From NCBI RefSeq assembly GCF_006345805.1, contig NC_043023.1, positions 7,440,001-7,504,000 of the forward strand: a DNA stretch of 64,000 nucleotides, given 5' to 3'. Each line of letters opens with the position of its first letter. Position 1 is the stretch's first letter. Position numbers and translations under genes: made by a program. The stretch comes from Octopus sinensis. Lineage: Eukaryota. Positions 1-10,007 of this stretch are shown in pieces. Below the pieces are notes generated by a model. It ran no database searches, had not been told where the DNA came from, and was given only the letters and a program-made list of their open reading frames with translations.

Positions 1-378
1 GGCTTAGTGGTTAGGGTGTCAGCATCATGATCATAAGATTGTGGTTTCGATTCCTGGACCGGGTGACGCGTTGTGTTCTTGAGCAAAACACTTCATTTCA
101 CGTTGCTCCAGTCCACTCAGCTGGCAAAAATGAGTAACGCTGCGATGGACTGGCGTCCCGTCCAGCTGGGGAACACATACACCATAGAAACTGGGCCCAT
201 GAGCCTGGCTAGGCTTTAAAAGGGCAATAAGTGGAGGCGAATGGCTTAGTAGTTAAGGTGTCAGCATCATGATCGTAAGATTGTGGGTTTCGATTCCTGG
301 ATCGGGCGACGCGTTGTGTTCACATATGCCGCTGAAACCAGGAAACTGGGCCCATGAGCCTAGCTAGGCTTTAAAAAG
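1..378 (+). mobile_element. tRNA-derived SINE with V-SINE-like body plus a second internally deleted copy
   Basis: tRNA-like head (ggcttagtggttagg...gtttcgattcc), then cttgagcaaaacactt and gcgatggactggcgtcccgtccag; head and tail repeated at 232-378. Confidence 0.7.
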
Positions 379-624
379 GGCTCATTGATTTTTATTATAT
401 AAACAGTACAGGGTAGTTAGACCAAACTGGACACTTTTTATGTTTTCTTACCTTTTTTTAAGGAGCAGCTGGATGTATTGGGGAAGAGTCAACAGCATAG
501 GAGAGCATAAACATCAATCCTTCAGAATTCAGATTTCTCTGTCAAATTTTATGCTTATTTATTCACATAGTTTTAAATTAATCATGCTTTATCCCAAAGC
601 TTCTAGATCTTAATTATGTGACTC

Positions 625-1325
625 TTTTACTTGTTTCAGTCATATGACTGCGGCCATGGTGGAGCCTGTCGTATGTGTTGTGTGTGTGTGTGTGTGTGTG
701 TTTGTGTGTCTGTGTTTGACCCCCCCAACATCGCTTGACAACTGATGCTGGTGTGTTTACGTCCTCGTAACTTAGCAATTCGGCAAAAAAAAACCGATAG
801 AATAAGTACTAAGCTTACAAAAAAAAAGTCCCGGGATCGATTTGCTCGACTAAAGGCGGTGCTCCAGCATGGCAACAGTCAAATGACTGAAACAAGTAAA
901 AGAGTAAGAATACATACATACATACATACTATCGTACATAAATACATACGATCAGCTTCTTTCATTCTATGACTCACAAAGCTTTGGTCAGCCTAAGGCT
1001 ATAGTAGAAGACATTTGTCTAAGGCAATGGTTTTCAACCAGGGTTCCGCGGAACCTTAGGGTTCCGCCAGTACAGTCCAGGGGTTCCGCAAGAAGTTACA
1101 AAAATGCTAAAATCGATAGTAATTTTTAATTCTCCTGTGCAGATATGTGTGCATAAGACAATTAAATTATTGCACAGGGGTTCCTCGAGCCAGTGGAATA
1201 TTTCCTTGGGGTCCCGCTCCAGCAAAAAGGTTGAAAAGCACTGGTCTAAGGTGCCACTGCGTAGAACTGAACCCGGAACTGTGACTGGGAAGCAAACTTT
1301 TTATTACAGTCACTGCGCCTGCACC
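625..1325. mobile_element. Fragments of the dominant octopus-type tRNA SINE (family A) in both orientations
   Basis: aacatcgcttgacaactgatgc...gactgaaacaagtaaaagag body on +; reverse head 955-1325 interrupted by a hAT MITE. Confidence 0.85.
1025..1243. mobile_element. Non-autonomous hAT MITE
   Basis: TIRs CAATGGTTTTCAACC / GGTTGAAAAGCACTG; perfect 8-bp TSD GTCTAAGG (1017-1024, 1244-1251). Confidence 0.9.
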
Positions 1326-1705
1326 TGTATGTGTGTGTGTGTGTGTGTGTGTTTTCTTCTCCTCCTCATTCTCCTCTCCTTATTCTTAACACTGATATAA
1401 ATCGAAAGATAATTTTTTATTTGTATGTTAAGAAATAGGAAAAGGCATTAAAAGATAAGAAGAAAAGGAAAGAAGGAAGGAAGCAAGGAAGAAAGAGAGA
1501 CAGACAGACAGAAAGAAAGAAAGAAGACAAAGAAACAAAATACCTCTCTGGTCTTTGATATAACAAAACATTTTCCTCAATAAAACCGAATAAATCTCTT
1601 GAATAAGCAAACTTATACCCTATCTGCTATCTTTCAATTAAAAAGCATCGTAAAATCTCTTCTATCAGCTCCTTAAATAAGTGCGTTTGTTCTGTCATTC
1701 AGAAA

Positions 1706-1780
1706 CAATTGGCAAACGAACGGATTCTAAAATGGCGGCGACATCAAAAGTCGTTCGTCTCGGCAGACGATCGTATCTGT
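1706..1780 (+). promoter_or_regulatory. Candidate promoter-like patch (YY1 consensus AAAATGGCGGCG at 1729-1740, ATTGG nearby, locally CpG-rich)
   Basis: Motif match and local CpG enrichment only; no linked exon identified. Confidence 0.3.
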
Positions 1781-2190
1781 CACCATTTGTCAATTTTTTT
1801 GTTTTTGTTTTTGTTTTATCTCAACACATGTGTTGATACACGGCACATATGCATTGCTTCTTTCGGTCTGACACACACACACCACACACACACGCACACA
1901 CAGATAGACACATATCTTTGACTTTTTGTTACAGTCATTAGATTGCGGCCATGCTGGGGCACCGCCTTGGAGAACTTGTAGCCGATTGAATTGACCCCAG
2001 CCCGTTTTTTTGTTTTTTTTTGTTAAACCTGGTACTTATTCTATCGGCGTCCGTTCGCCGAGCCGCTAGGTTACAGGGACGTGAACACACCAACACTGGT
2101 TGTCAAGCGATGGCAGGGGACAAACCTAGCCACACAGACGCATATAAACATACATACATATATATATACACACACACATGTATACATATA

Positions 2191-2763
2191 TGAATTTTAT
2201 CCCTAATTTTTGTGGTTATAGAGCCTAGATGTTCTTTCTAGCGTGTTGAATCCTATGAGTGTTTAAATGTACACTATATCTTATGACTAATATATAGTCT
2301 TTTGGACTAAATTTTTACATGTTAAACCACTGGAAATGTAAATTTTAATTAATTTCCATTTCCCTTTGATATGATTAAATATTGTAAGTTTTTGAATAAT
2401 TTTCGGTTTTAAAAGTTGGCTTTTTTTATTGCTGGATAAGGACTGCGCCTGCGTAGTAGATTTTGAAAAAGTTAGGACTTATAAATAAGGGGCACGTAGT
2501 TTGATCGCCCCCTATGTATACGTTCCCTAGGTGTTCCTGCTGAAGACGATTGCACCTGGTGAGTTCATTTACTCGCTAAACTAAAATTAGAAACCAATTG
2601 GTCCAGGAAACTAGATGGTAAAATGTTTTTATTTTTCATTTCATTCCTGCTGAATTTTATCCCTAATTTTTGGGGTTATAGAACCTAGCTGTTCTTTCTA
2701 GCGTGTTGAATCCTATGAGTGGATTCCTCATGTGTTTAAATGTACACATGTACACTATATCTT
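2191..2763 (+). mobile_element. Penelope pseudo-LTR-like / retrozyme-like unit
   Basis: Direct repeat 2191-2282 vs 2651-2763 (460-nt period), TATAAATA at 2480-2487, and an internal hammerhead. Confidence 0.55.
2534..2609 (+). ncRNA. Type I hammerhead ribozyme motif (Penelope/retrozyme-like)
   Basis: Stem I UUCCUG/CAGGAA; core CUGAAGA 2540-2546; GAAA 2590-2593; palindromic stem III ACCAAUUGGU; GUC site at 2601-2603; the stem II base pair is a C.A mismatch. Confidence 0.75.
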
Positions 2764-2782
2764 GTAAATATATATATATATA

Positions 2783-2816
<34 letters not shown>

Positions 2817-2892
2817 GGTCCCGGGTTGAGTCGGGGTTAACCAGTAATAAGTACTCAATACATAGCAGAGTAAATTAATTTATTTTATAGAA

Positions 2893-2946
2893 GGAGCTTC
2901 TACAGGACTAGACGGTTTCATTCAAATGAAATCATCAGGAAGCTCC
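2893..2946 (-). ncRNA. Type I hammerhead ribozyme motif (left arm of palindrome)
   Basis: Stem I GGAGCUUC/GAAGCUCC; CUGAUGA 2938-2932; stem II UUC/GAA; GAAA 2919-2916; GUA site 2903-2901; stem III has one mismatch. Confidence 0.7.
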
Positions 2947-2992
2947 TGATGATTTCTTTTGAATGAACCAGTTCTAGTCCTGTAGAAGCTCC
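2938..2992 (+). ncRNA. Mutated hammerhead motif (right arm of palindrome)
   Basis: CUGAUGA 2946-2952; GAAC instead of GAAA; stem III CAG/CUG; GUA site 2982-2984; 3' stem I strand GAAGCUCC. Confidence 0.6.
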
Positions 2993-3005
2993 TTCATAAA
3001 AATAA

Positions 3006-3038
<33 letters not shown>

Positions 3039-3111
3039 ATATATATATAGATATTATATATAATATCAAAATAAGCAACAAAATATCCAGGGGTAATGCA
3101 GTATTTAAATT

Positions 3112-3142
<31 letters not shown>

Positions 3143-3338
3143 ATATACCACAACACAACACATATATACGACGGGCTTCTTTCACTTTCTGTCTACCAAC
3201 TTCACTCACAAGGCTTTGATTGGCCCGAGGCTATAGTAGAAGACACTTGCCCAAGGTGCCACACAGTAGGACTGAACCTGGAACCATGTGGGTTGGAAGC
3301 AAGCTACTTACTACACAGCCACTCCTGCACCTATACAC

Positions 3339-3377
<39 letters not shown>

Positions 3378-3432
3378 GGTGAGAAAGTTGGTGTGTATAT
3401 ATGTATACATACGTACATATATATATGTGTAG

Positions 3433-3465
<33 letters not shown>

Positions 3466-3699
3466 TATATATATATCTACATACACATATATATTGCATA
3501 ACATTGTTTCCTGACACTGTTTAAAATTCTGCCAACGTTTGCACAATTCCAGGCAACCATGTTGGACAAATCCACCTAGTTAAAATCTCAGAAATCCTCC
3601 AATTATCGGACAATCACGGTGTCTCCGAGGACAGCACAGCTCTCGTAGTAATGGTGGCTCTTTGGAAAGTGTCTGGCTGTCCACTTTCAGCACTGTTGC

Positions 3700-3730
<31 letters not shown>

Positions 3731-3749
3731 GGTGGTGGTGGTGGTGTTG

Positions 3750-3781
<32 letters not shown>

Positions 3782-3848
3782 GGTGTTGTTGTTGTTGTTG
3801 TTGTTGTGTTGTTGTTGTTGTTGTTGTTTGTTTTGGTTGGTGGTGGTG

Positions 3849-3880
<32 letters not shown>

Positions 3881-3893
3881 GGTGGTGGTGTTG

Positions 3894-3925
<32 letters not shown>

Positions 3926-3938
3926 GGTGTTGTTGTTG

Positions 3939-3970
<32 letters not shown>

Positions 3971-4154
3971 GTTGTTGTTGTTTTTGGTGGTTGTGCAGGT
4001 AGTGGTGGTGGTGGTGGTGCTACTGCTACAGCAGCAACAATGATGATGAAGATATAATGATGATGATGATGACGATGTAGAGGAAGAGGTGGGGGTGGAA
4101 GGTGGACGAGGGGGAGGAAGGGATGATGACGATGACAATGGTGATGATGGTGAG

Positions 4155-4185
<31 letters not shown>

Positions 4186-5150
4186 GTGGTGCTGATGAGG
4201 ACAATGACAACGATGATGGTAGTGGTGGTGATGATGGTGATGATGATGACGATGATGATGATGATAATGATAGTGGTGATGACAATGATGATGACGACAA
4301 TGATGAGGCTGATGATGGTGATGATGATGACGATGACGACAAGGTGGAAACAATGGCAATGATAGTTATAATGGCAACAATGTTGATGATGTTGATGATG
4401 ATGATGACGATGTAGAGGAAGAGGTGGAGGGGTGGAAGCTGGATGAGGGGTAGGAAGGGATGAAGATGATGACGATGATGATGATGATGATGATAATGTT
4501 GATCATGATAACGATAATGGAGGTAGTGATGATGACAATGATGATGTTGGTGGTGATGATGATGGTAATGATGATGGTGATGATAATGATAGTGGTGATG
4601 ACAATGATGATGATGACAATGATGAGAACGATGATGATGATGATGACTATGGTGATGACGACAACGTTGACAAAGTGGAAACAATGGCGATGATTGTTTT
4701 GATGACAACGATGTTGATGATGATGATGTAGAGGAAGAGGTGGAGGGGTGGAAGGGATGAAGACGATGATGATGACAATGGTGGTGATGATGATGATGAT
4801 GATAACAATGACGACGATAATGGAGGTAGTGATGATGACAATAACAATGATGATGGTAGTGATGCTGATGATGGTAGTGATGATGATGGTGATGACAATG
4901 ATGATGTTGATGATGATTGATGTTGATGATGATGATGATGGTGATGATGGTGATGATGTTGATGATGATGATGATGAAGGTGGTGATGATGATGATGACG
5001 ATGATGATGTTGATGATGATGATGGTGATGATATTGATGATGATGTTGATGATGGTAATGATGATGATGATGATGATGATGATGGTGATAGTAATGATGT
5101 TGATGATGGTGATGATGATGTTGTTGATGATGATGATGATGATGATTACA
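3700..5150. repeat. (GTT/GGT)n then (GAT)n trinucleotide arrays
   Basis: Direct reading; source of the poly-V/G/D/M/H ORFs. Confidence 0.95.
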
Positions 5151-5190
5151 ATGAAAATATGTTTTCTTTTCTGTTTTCTTCTCATTTCAG

Positions 5191-5429
5191 TATGTCTACT
5201 GGTTGCTGGCCTTTTGCTTTACCCGGTCGTCCTATCTTCTGCCTTCTTCAAGTTCCACTGCGGACAATTGAGCAGCGGCTACTTCTGGTCCGGAAACTGT
5301 CGTATGGGATGGAGCTACATGTTAGCAATCACGGGAACCAGCCTGTCCGTCTTCTGTCCCTTCCTCTCCCGCTACACCGATATGAAGGTCGACGAAGTGA
5401 ACCCACTTCAACAAATTATCCATGTGTGA
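5191..5429 (+). CDS. Terminal coding exon of an LHFPL/TMEM211-family tetraspan membrane protein
   Basis: Strong acceptor ttttctgttttcttctcatttcag|, phase 1. Peptide CLLVAGLLLYPVVLSSAFFKFHCGQLSSGYFWSGNCRMGWSYMLAITGTSLSVFCPFLSRYTDMKV fits the LHFPL pattern GL.LYP...C.....Y..G.C.LGW.Y..A..G. TGA at 5427-5429. Confidence 0.8.
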
Positions 5430-5506
5430 AGGGACTTGGTGGGGTTTCTAGAGCTGAATATCACATTTGTGTGTGTGTGTGGTGTGTGTGTGTGTGTGTG
5501 TGTGTA

Positions 5507-5583
5507 CAGGGTGTCCATATATTATCTTTACAACTTCCACATTTCAAAACTTCCAATTGTAAAGGTAATTTATGGAGGTCCCG
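5507..5583. mobile_element. 77-bp palindromic Tc1/mariner-derived MITE
   Basis: TA|CAGGGTGTCCATATTATCTTTACAA ... TTGTAAAGGTAATTTATGGAGGTCCCG|TA. Confidence 0.65.
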
Positions 5584-5639
5584 TATATGTACAGATATAT
5601 ATATAATATATATTATCTATATATATATACAAACACATA

Positions 5640-5826
5640 CATGCATACAGACAAGCAAACAAACATACCCTGTTGTTGATGTTGAAATTCCAATAAAAGA
5701 ACCTTGGATCTAGGTTAGAAACCGGTTCTTTCTCCATCGGCAAGAAATCTTGGAAAAAACTGAATAATAACATACATGCATACATATACATACATACACA
5801 CATGCATGCATGCATACATACATACA

Positions 5827-5860
<34 letters not shown>

Positions 5861-5965
5861 CATACATACATACATACATACATACATACATACATTCATA
5901 CATACATACATACATACATACATACATACATACATACATACATACATACATACATACATACATAA

Positions 5966-5996
<31 letters not shown>

Positions 5997-6025
5997 CACA
6001 CATACATACATACATACATACATAA
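5640..6025 (+). mobile_element. Retroelement 3' tail followed by (CATA)n
   Basis: gttgatgttgaaattccaat...ggcaagaaatcttggaaaa; the same tail occurs reversed at ~16545-16660. Confidence 0.65.
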
Positions 6026-6039
6026 AGAAAATACCAACA

Positions 6040-6540
6040 GACAGAGTTGACCATATTGAGACCAATGGATCAAAAGATTACTGGTGGAACTTAGAAACTA
6101 AAATAGCCACCAAAATAGCCACAACTGGCCAGATATCATTGGGTGGAACCACAAAGAAAAGCTATGTCCTGTTGTGGAAATCAGCTGCCCTCTGGACATG
6201 GATGTGGTTAGAAAAATACGAGAGAGAATGAAGACCTCTGTGGACCATTGATAAGGAGTTTGCTAATCCATTACCCAAGATACACTTTCAGCTTCATATC
6301 TATTATTATTGGAGCAATAGGATACATACCGACCCGTCTGGAGCAAAGTATGGCTCAGCTTGGGATCTTGGGCAGAGAATGCAAATCCTTAATTTATATG
6401 CTACAAATGATTATGATATCTGGGGTATAAAAATCTGCAAGGCCTTTTTAAGATTTAAAGGATGATGGTTTAAACAAGATACTTTTCTTTAACTTGCTAC
6501 CAACCCGATGCCAGTCAAAATTTATTCTAAATTAAAAAAG
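6040..6540 (+). mobile_element. Decayed 3' end of an RLE-type (R4/NeSL-like) non-LTR retrotransposon
   Basis: Frameshifted peptides HNWPDIIGWNHKEKLCPVVEISCPLD (PD-D/E-xK-type nuclease motif) and SFISIIIGAIGYIP. Confidence 0.75.
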
Positions 6541-6614
6541 GAAAATAGAAGATATACGTAGTCATACATACCGTAAATCCTTGAGTATAATCTGCCCTTG
6601 AGTATAATATGCAG

Positions 6615-6900
6615 GGGATTCATCAAGGTATCTTTTTACGTCATCCAAGGAATTGAAATTTTTACCATTAAGACTATTCTGCAGAGACCTAAGTAAGTGG
6701 AAATCCAAAGGAGCAATATCTGGTGAATATAGAGGGTGGAATAACACATCCCACCTGAGCTGCAGCAATTTTTGTCTGGTTCCCAAAGCATCAAGTGCCG
6801 AAAATGAACTTTCTTATCTTCCATTTTAAAGGGTTACAGAATTAACACAGGTTATAGGAACATAAACCTTCTTCCACGAAAAGATAGCTTCAACTGTGCT
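6615..6900 (-). mobile_element. Internally deleted mariner element
   Basis: N-terminus MEDKKVHFRHLMLWE fused to C-terminal WDVLFHPLYSPDIAPLDFHLLRSLQNSLNGKNF (YSPDLAP-D motif). Confidence 0.85.
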
Positions 6901-6915
6901 CTAAATGGAGGTGTA

Positions 6916-7427
6916 CTGTAAATCCTCGAGTATAGTACACCATTGAGTATAATAAGCAGGGGATGTTTAGGGGGCTGTACCGCTGAAAAACCTAAACCTT
7001 GTGTATAATACGCACCCCTTCTCTAACTTGATTCAATGAGGTCTATATAACGTCCTTGGTTTGTAAAACTGTATATGGTAATGTCCATTATTATTATTGT
7101 ATATATAATGTAATGCAAACGTGTAGCTTTTTTGTGCATTTTGTTTGCAGAAAATAAAGAAATAACAGTAATAACGTTTAATAAATGTTGCTTACTGCAA
7201 GTTATGGATGATTCTTTTATGACTTCATTGCTTTCAGGCTTAGCTTAAGGTATTTTCACGCCCGACATCACAAAATGCGTCTGAATAAACATTGCCGGAC
7301 AGCAAATAGAGACTCAGACATTGCTTAGAAAATATTTTTCATTTTTAACCTCGTATATAGTATGCACTAGGGATGTTGACCTTTAAATTTTTGGAAAAAA
7401 AGGCGGATTATACTCGAGGATTTACGG
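6916..7427. mobile_element. Tc1/mariner-superfamily (Tc2/pogo-like) MITE
   Basis: TIRs CTGTAAATCCTCGAGTATA / TATACTCGAGGATTTACGG flanked by TA; second copy at 29183-29981. Confidence 0.8.
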
Positions 7428-9139
7428 TACATAAACTACAAATTATCATCTCTGGAAATATAAAAATCTGCAAGACTTTCTTAAAATTTAAAGGATGATG
7501 GTTAAAACAAGATACTTTCTTTTGCAACCTTGTTAAGCAGTGGTTGGCTGGTCGGAATTTACTTCAATTTAAAAAAGAAAAAAGAGCAAAAAATCCAAAT
7601 AAACACGTACGTATGTGGAGGCACATGACCAAGTGGTTCTAAAAAGATACATTTGCGATGTACAAGTAAACTCGGGATAATCTATTAACGGGTTAAGATT
7701 TAAAGCATGATGAACAAAACAAAATGGCTTTCTTCATAACTTTGCTCCCAAGAAAGTGACCAACTAAAATTTACTTTAAAATTAAAATCAGAAAGAGAAC
7801 AACTTACATATTTGGATATAAGACTCTGCTTTTCTTTTCAACATAACAATGTTGCCAAAACAATTTACGGTGGTATCTCCAGATGGATTTATCCTGAAAA
7901 GGACACAGAATGGAATTGGCACTCACCTTTAGAGATGAAGAACATTGGTGGAATATTCCAATAAAGACAGCATATTCCAATAAAGACAGTGAAAGTAGAA
8001 GAATTGGAATTGTTCTATAGGACAAAGGCTGAGTGGTGAAGAAGCTCTCTTTGGGTTTAGTCCCACGATGTCAAACCTTGGGCAAATGCCTTCTACACTA
8101 ACCTTTAGGCCAACTAATGCTTTCAGAGTGTATTTGGTAGACAAAATTTTCCATTCACTTGGCCCTGTTGTTAGAAAGCTTACATATAGGAAAAAGCAAA
8201 ACTCCAAAGTCATAACCTGCTTAATTATGCTATCTTACACATGTTTCTGTGAAGATTATGATTGAATTACACAATCTTGGTCTGTTAAATTTTTGAAATT
8301 CACACTTCGTCAGAGGTTCATGCTAGTATGAACAAACTCTGTGAACTTTGGTCTCTATTGTTAGAAAGATCAAAGAGTACAAAAGGAAAAAGCAAAACTC
8401 CAAAGTCATAACCCATATAATTATGTTATCTTACACATGTCTCTGTGAACATTACAATTGAATTACGCAATCTTCACCTGATAAATTTTCTAAATCCACA
8501 CTTCGTCAGAGATACATGTTAGTATGAACATACACTATGTTATTTGTAATAATGCAGACCAATGAATGGAAACTTGGACAATAATACAAGAGTACTCTTT
8601 GCAGTTTTCTCTTTCAGTATATCAGGATACACAGAGTTCTAAATACTGGTTATATGTCATATAATTTTAATTTAAATTGCACTAAGGTTTTCTGCTTGAC
8701 ATAACATAATATGGCTGATGATTTGGGTAAACATGGCCTTAAATTTATTTTAAATCATTTAATTAAATTAATTATGTATCACAATTATTTAATTATAGAA
8801 TCGATGATGTTTATACTAACGAAACAGCTGTTGAAACCAATAAAATTTGAACTTTCTGCTTTTCAGCTTTTATTTCTTGTATACTGCACTATGAGACTGT
8901 TGTAGTCAATTATGTATATACATACAAATTGGTCCCAAATAGATTTACAGTTATATAATAACATGATGGAGTTTAACGACCTATTATCAATTGAACTCTT
9001 AATTACTCAATTACTCTTTTATCTCGTTTACTCGTATATTATCTCCTTTATCTCTTTTACTTGTACGTATATACATATGTATGTGTATATATATATGTAT
9101 ATAATATATAAGTATATATATATATGTATATATATATGA

Positions 9140-9198
<59 letters not shown>

Positions 9199-9216
9199 GT
9201 ATATATATATATATGT

Positions 9217-9281
<65 letters not shown>

Positions 9282-9359
9282 ATAATATATATATATTATA
9301 TATATAATAATATATATATATATAATATATATAATATATATATTATATATATATATATA

Positions 9360-9712
9360 CTCTTTTACTTGTTTCAGTCATTTGACTGTGGCAAGCAGAA
9401 CCGCCTTTAATCGGCAATTGACCCCTGGACTTATTCTTTGTAAGCCTAGTAATTATTCTATCGATCTCTTTTGCCAAACCGCTAAGTTACAGGGACGTAA
9501 ACACACTAGTATCAGTTGTCAAGCGCTGTTGGGGGGACACACAGACACACAAACATATACACACACACATACATATATATATACATATATAGAACAGGCT
9601 TCTTTCAGTTTCCGTCTACCAAATCCACTCACAAGGCTCTCGTCGGCCCAAGGCTATGGTAGATGACACGTGCCCAAGGCAAGGTACTTACCACACAGCC
9701 ACTCCTGCGCCT
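9360..9712 (-). mobile_element. SINE family A, near full length
   Basis: Head ggcgcaggagtggctgtgtggtaag, body and (aaagagt) tail on the minus strand. Confidence 0.85.
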
Positions 9713-10007
9713 ATATATTAGATGAATGAGCCCTAAATACTCCTCAAAAGACAGTATGGTTGGTCATTGCTGGAACGTCTTTGATCATAAATGTTCTCGA
9801 TTGGCGGAGACCCTGGGTTAAACAAGGCAACAGCAATAACAGACATGGGATCGCCACAGCTGTTTGGAAGTTTGTTTTATCACAATGATTGCGAATCTGA
9901 TAGATACTATGATGTGTGTGTGTATACACATGTATGTATAGACACACACACATATATTCGTGTGTGTGTATGTGTGTGTTCATGTGTATAGACAGACAGT
10001 CAAAAGG

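Noticed and set aside
1-75. tRNA-like sequences here and at other SINE heads (e.g. ~50510, ~10850)
   Set aside because: They continue into SINE bodies and lack a complete cloverleaf, so they are not tRNA genes.
2559-2590. GT-AG micro-intron inside the hammerhead
   Set aside because: 32 nt is too short for a typical metazoan intron, and the spliced product gives no good stem II.
3553-3998. Possible upstream LHFPL exon (QPCWTNP...SVWLSTF...FGGCA with a phase-1 GCAG|GTAGTG donor)
   Set aside because: In-frame TAA at 3581, ~100 codons of poly-V/G, a weak donor and only vague similarity; the phase match has a 1-in-3 chance.
3580-5713. Long ORFs (259, 523, 321, 170 aa) of poly-H/I/T/D/M
   Set aside because: These are translations of trinucleotide arrays that lack stops in several frames. 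Only 5191-5429 is coding-like, and the 4748-5713 ORF crosses it in the wrong frame.
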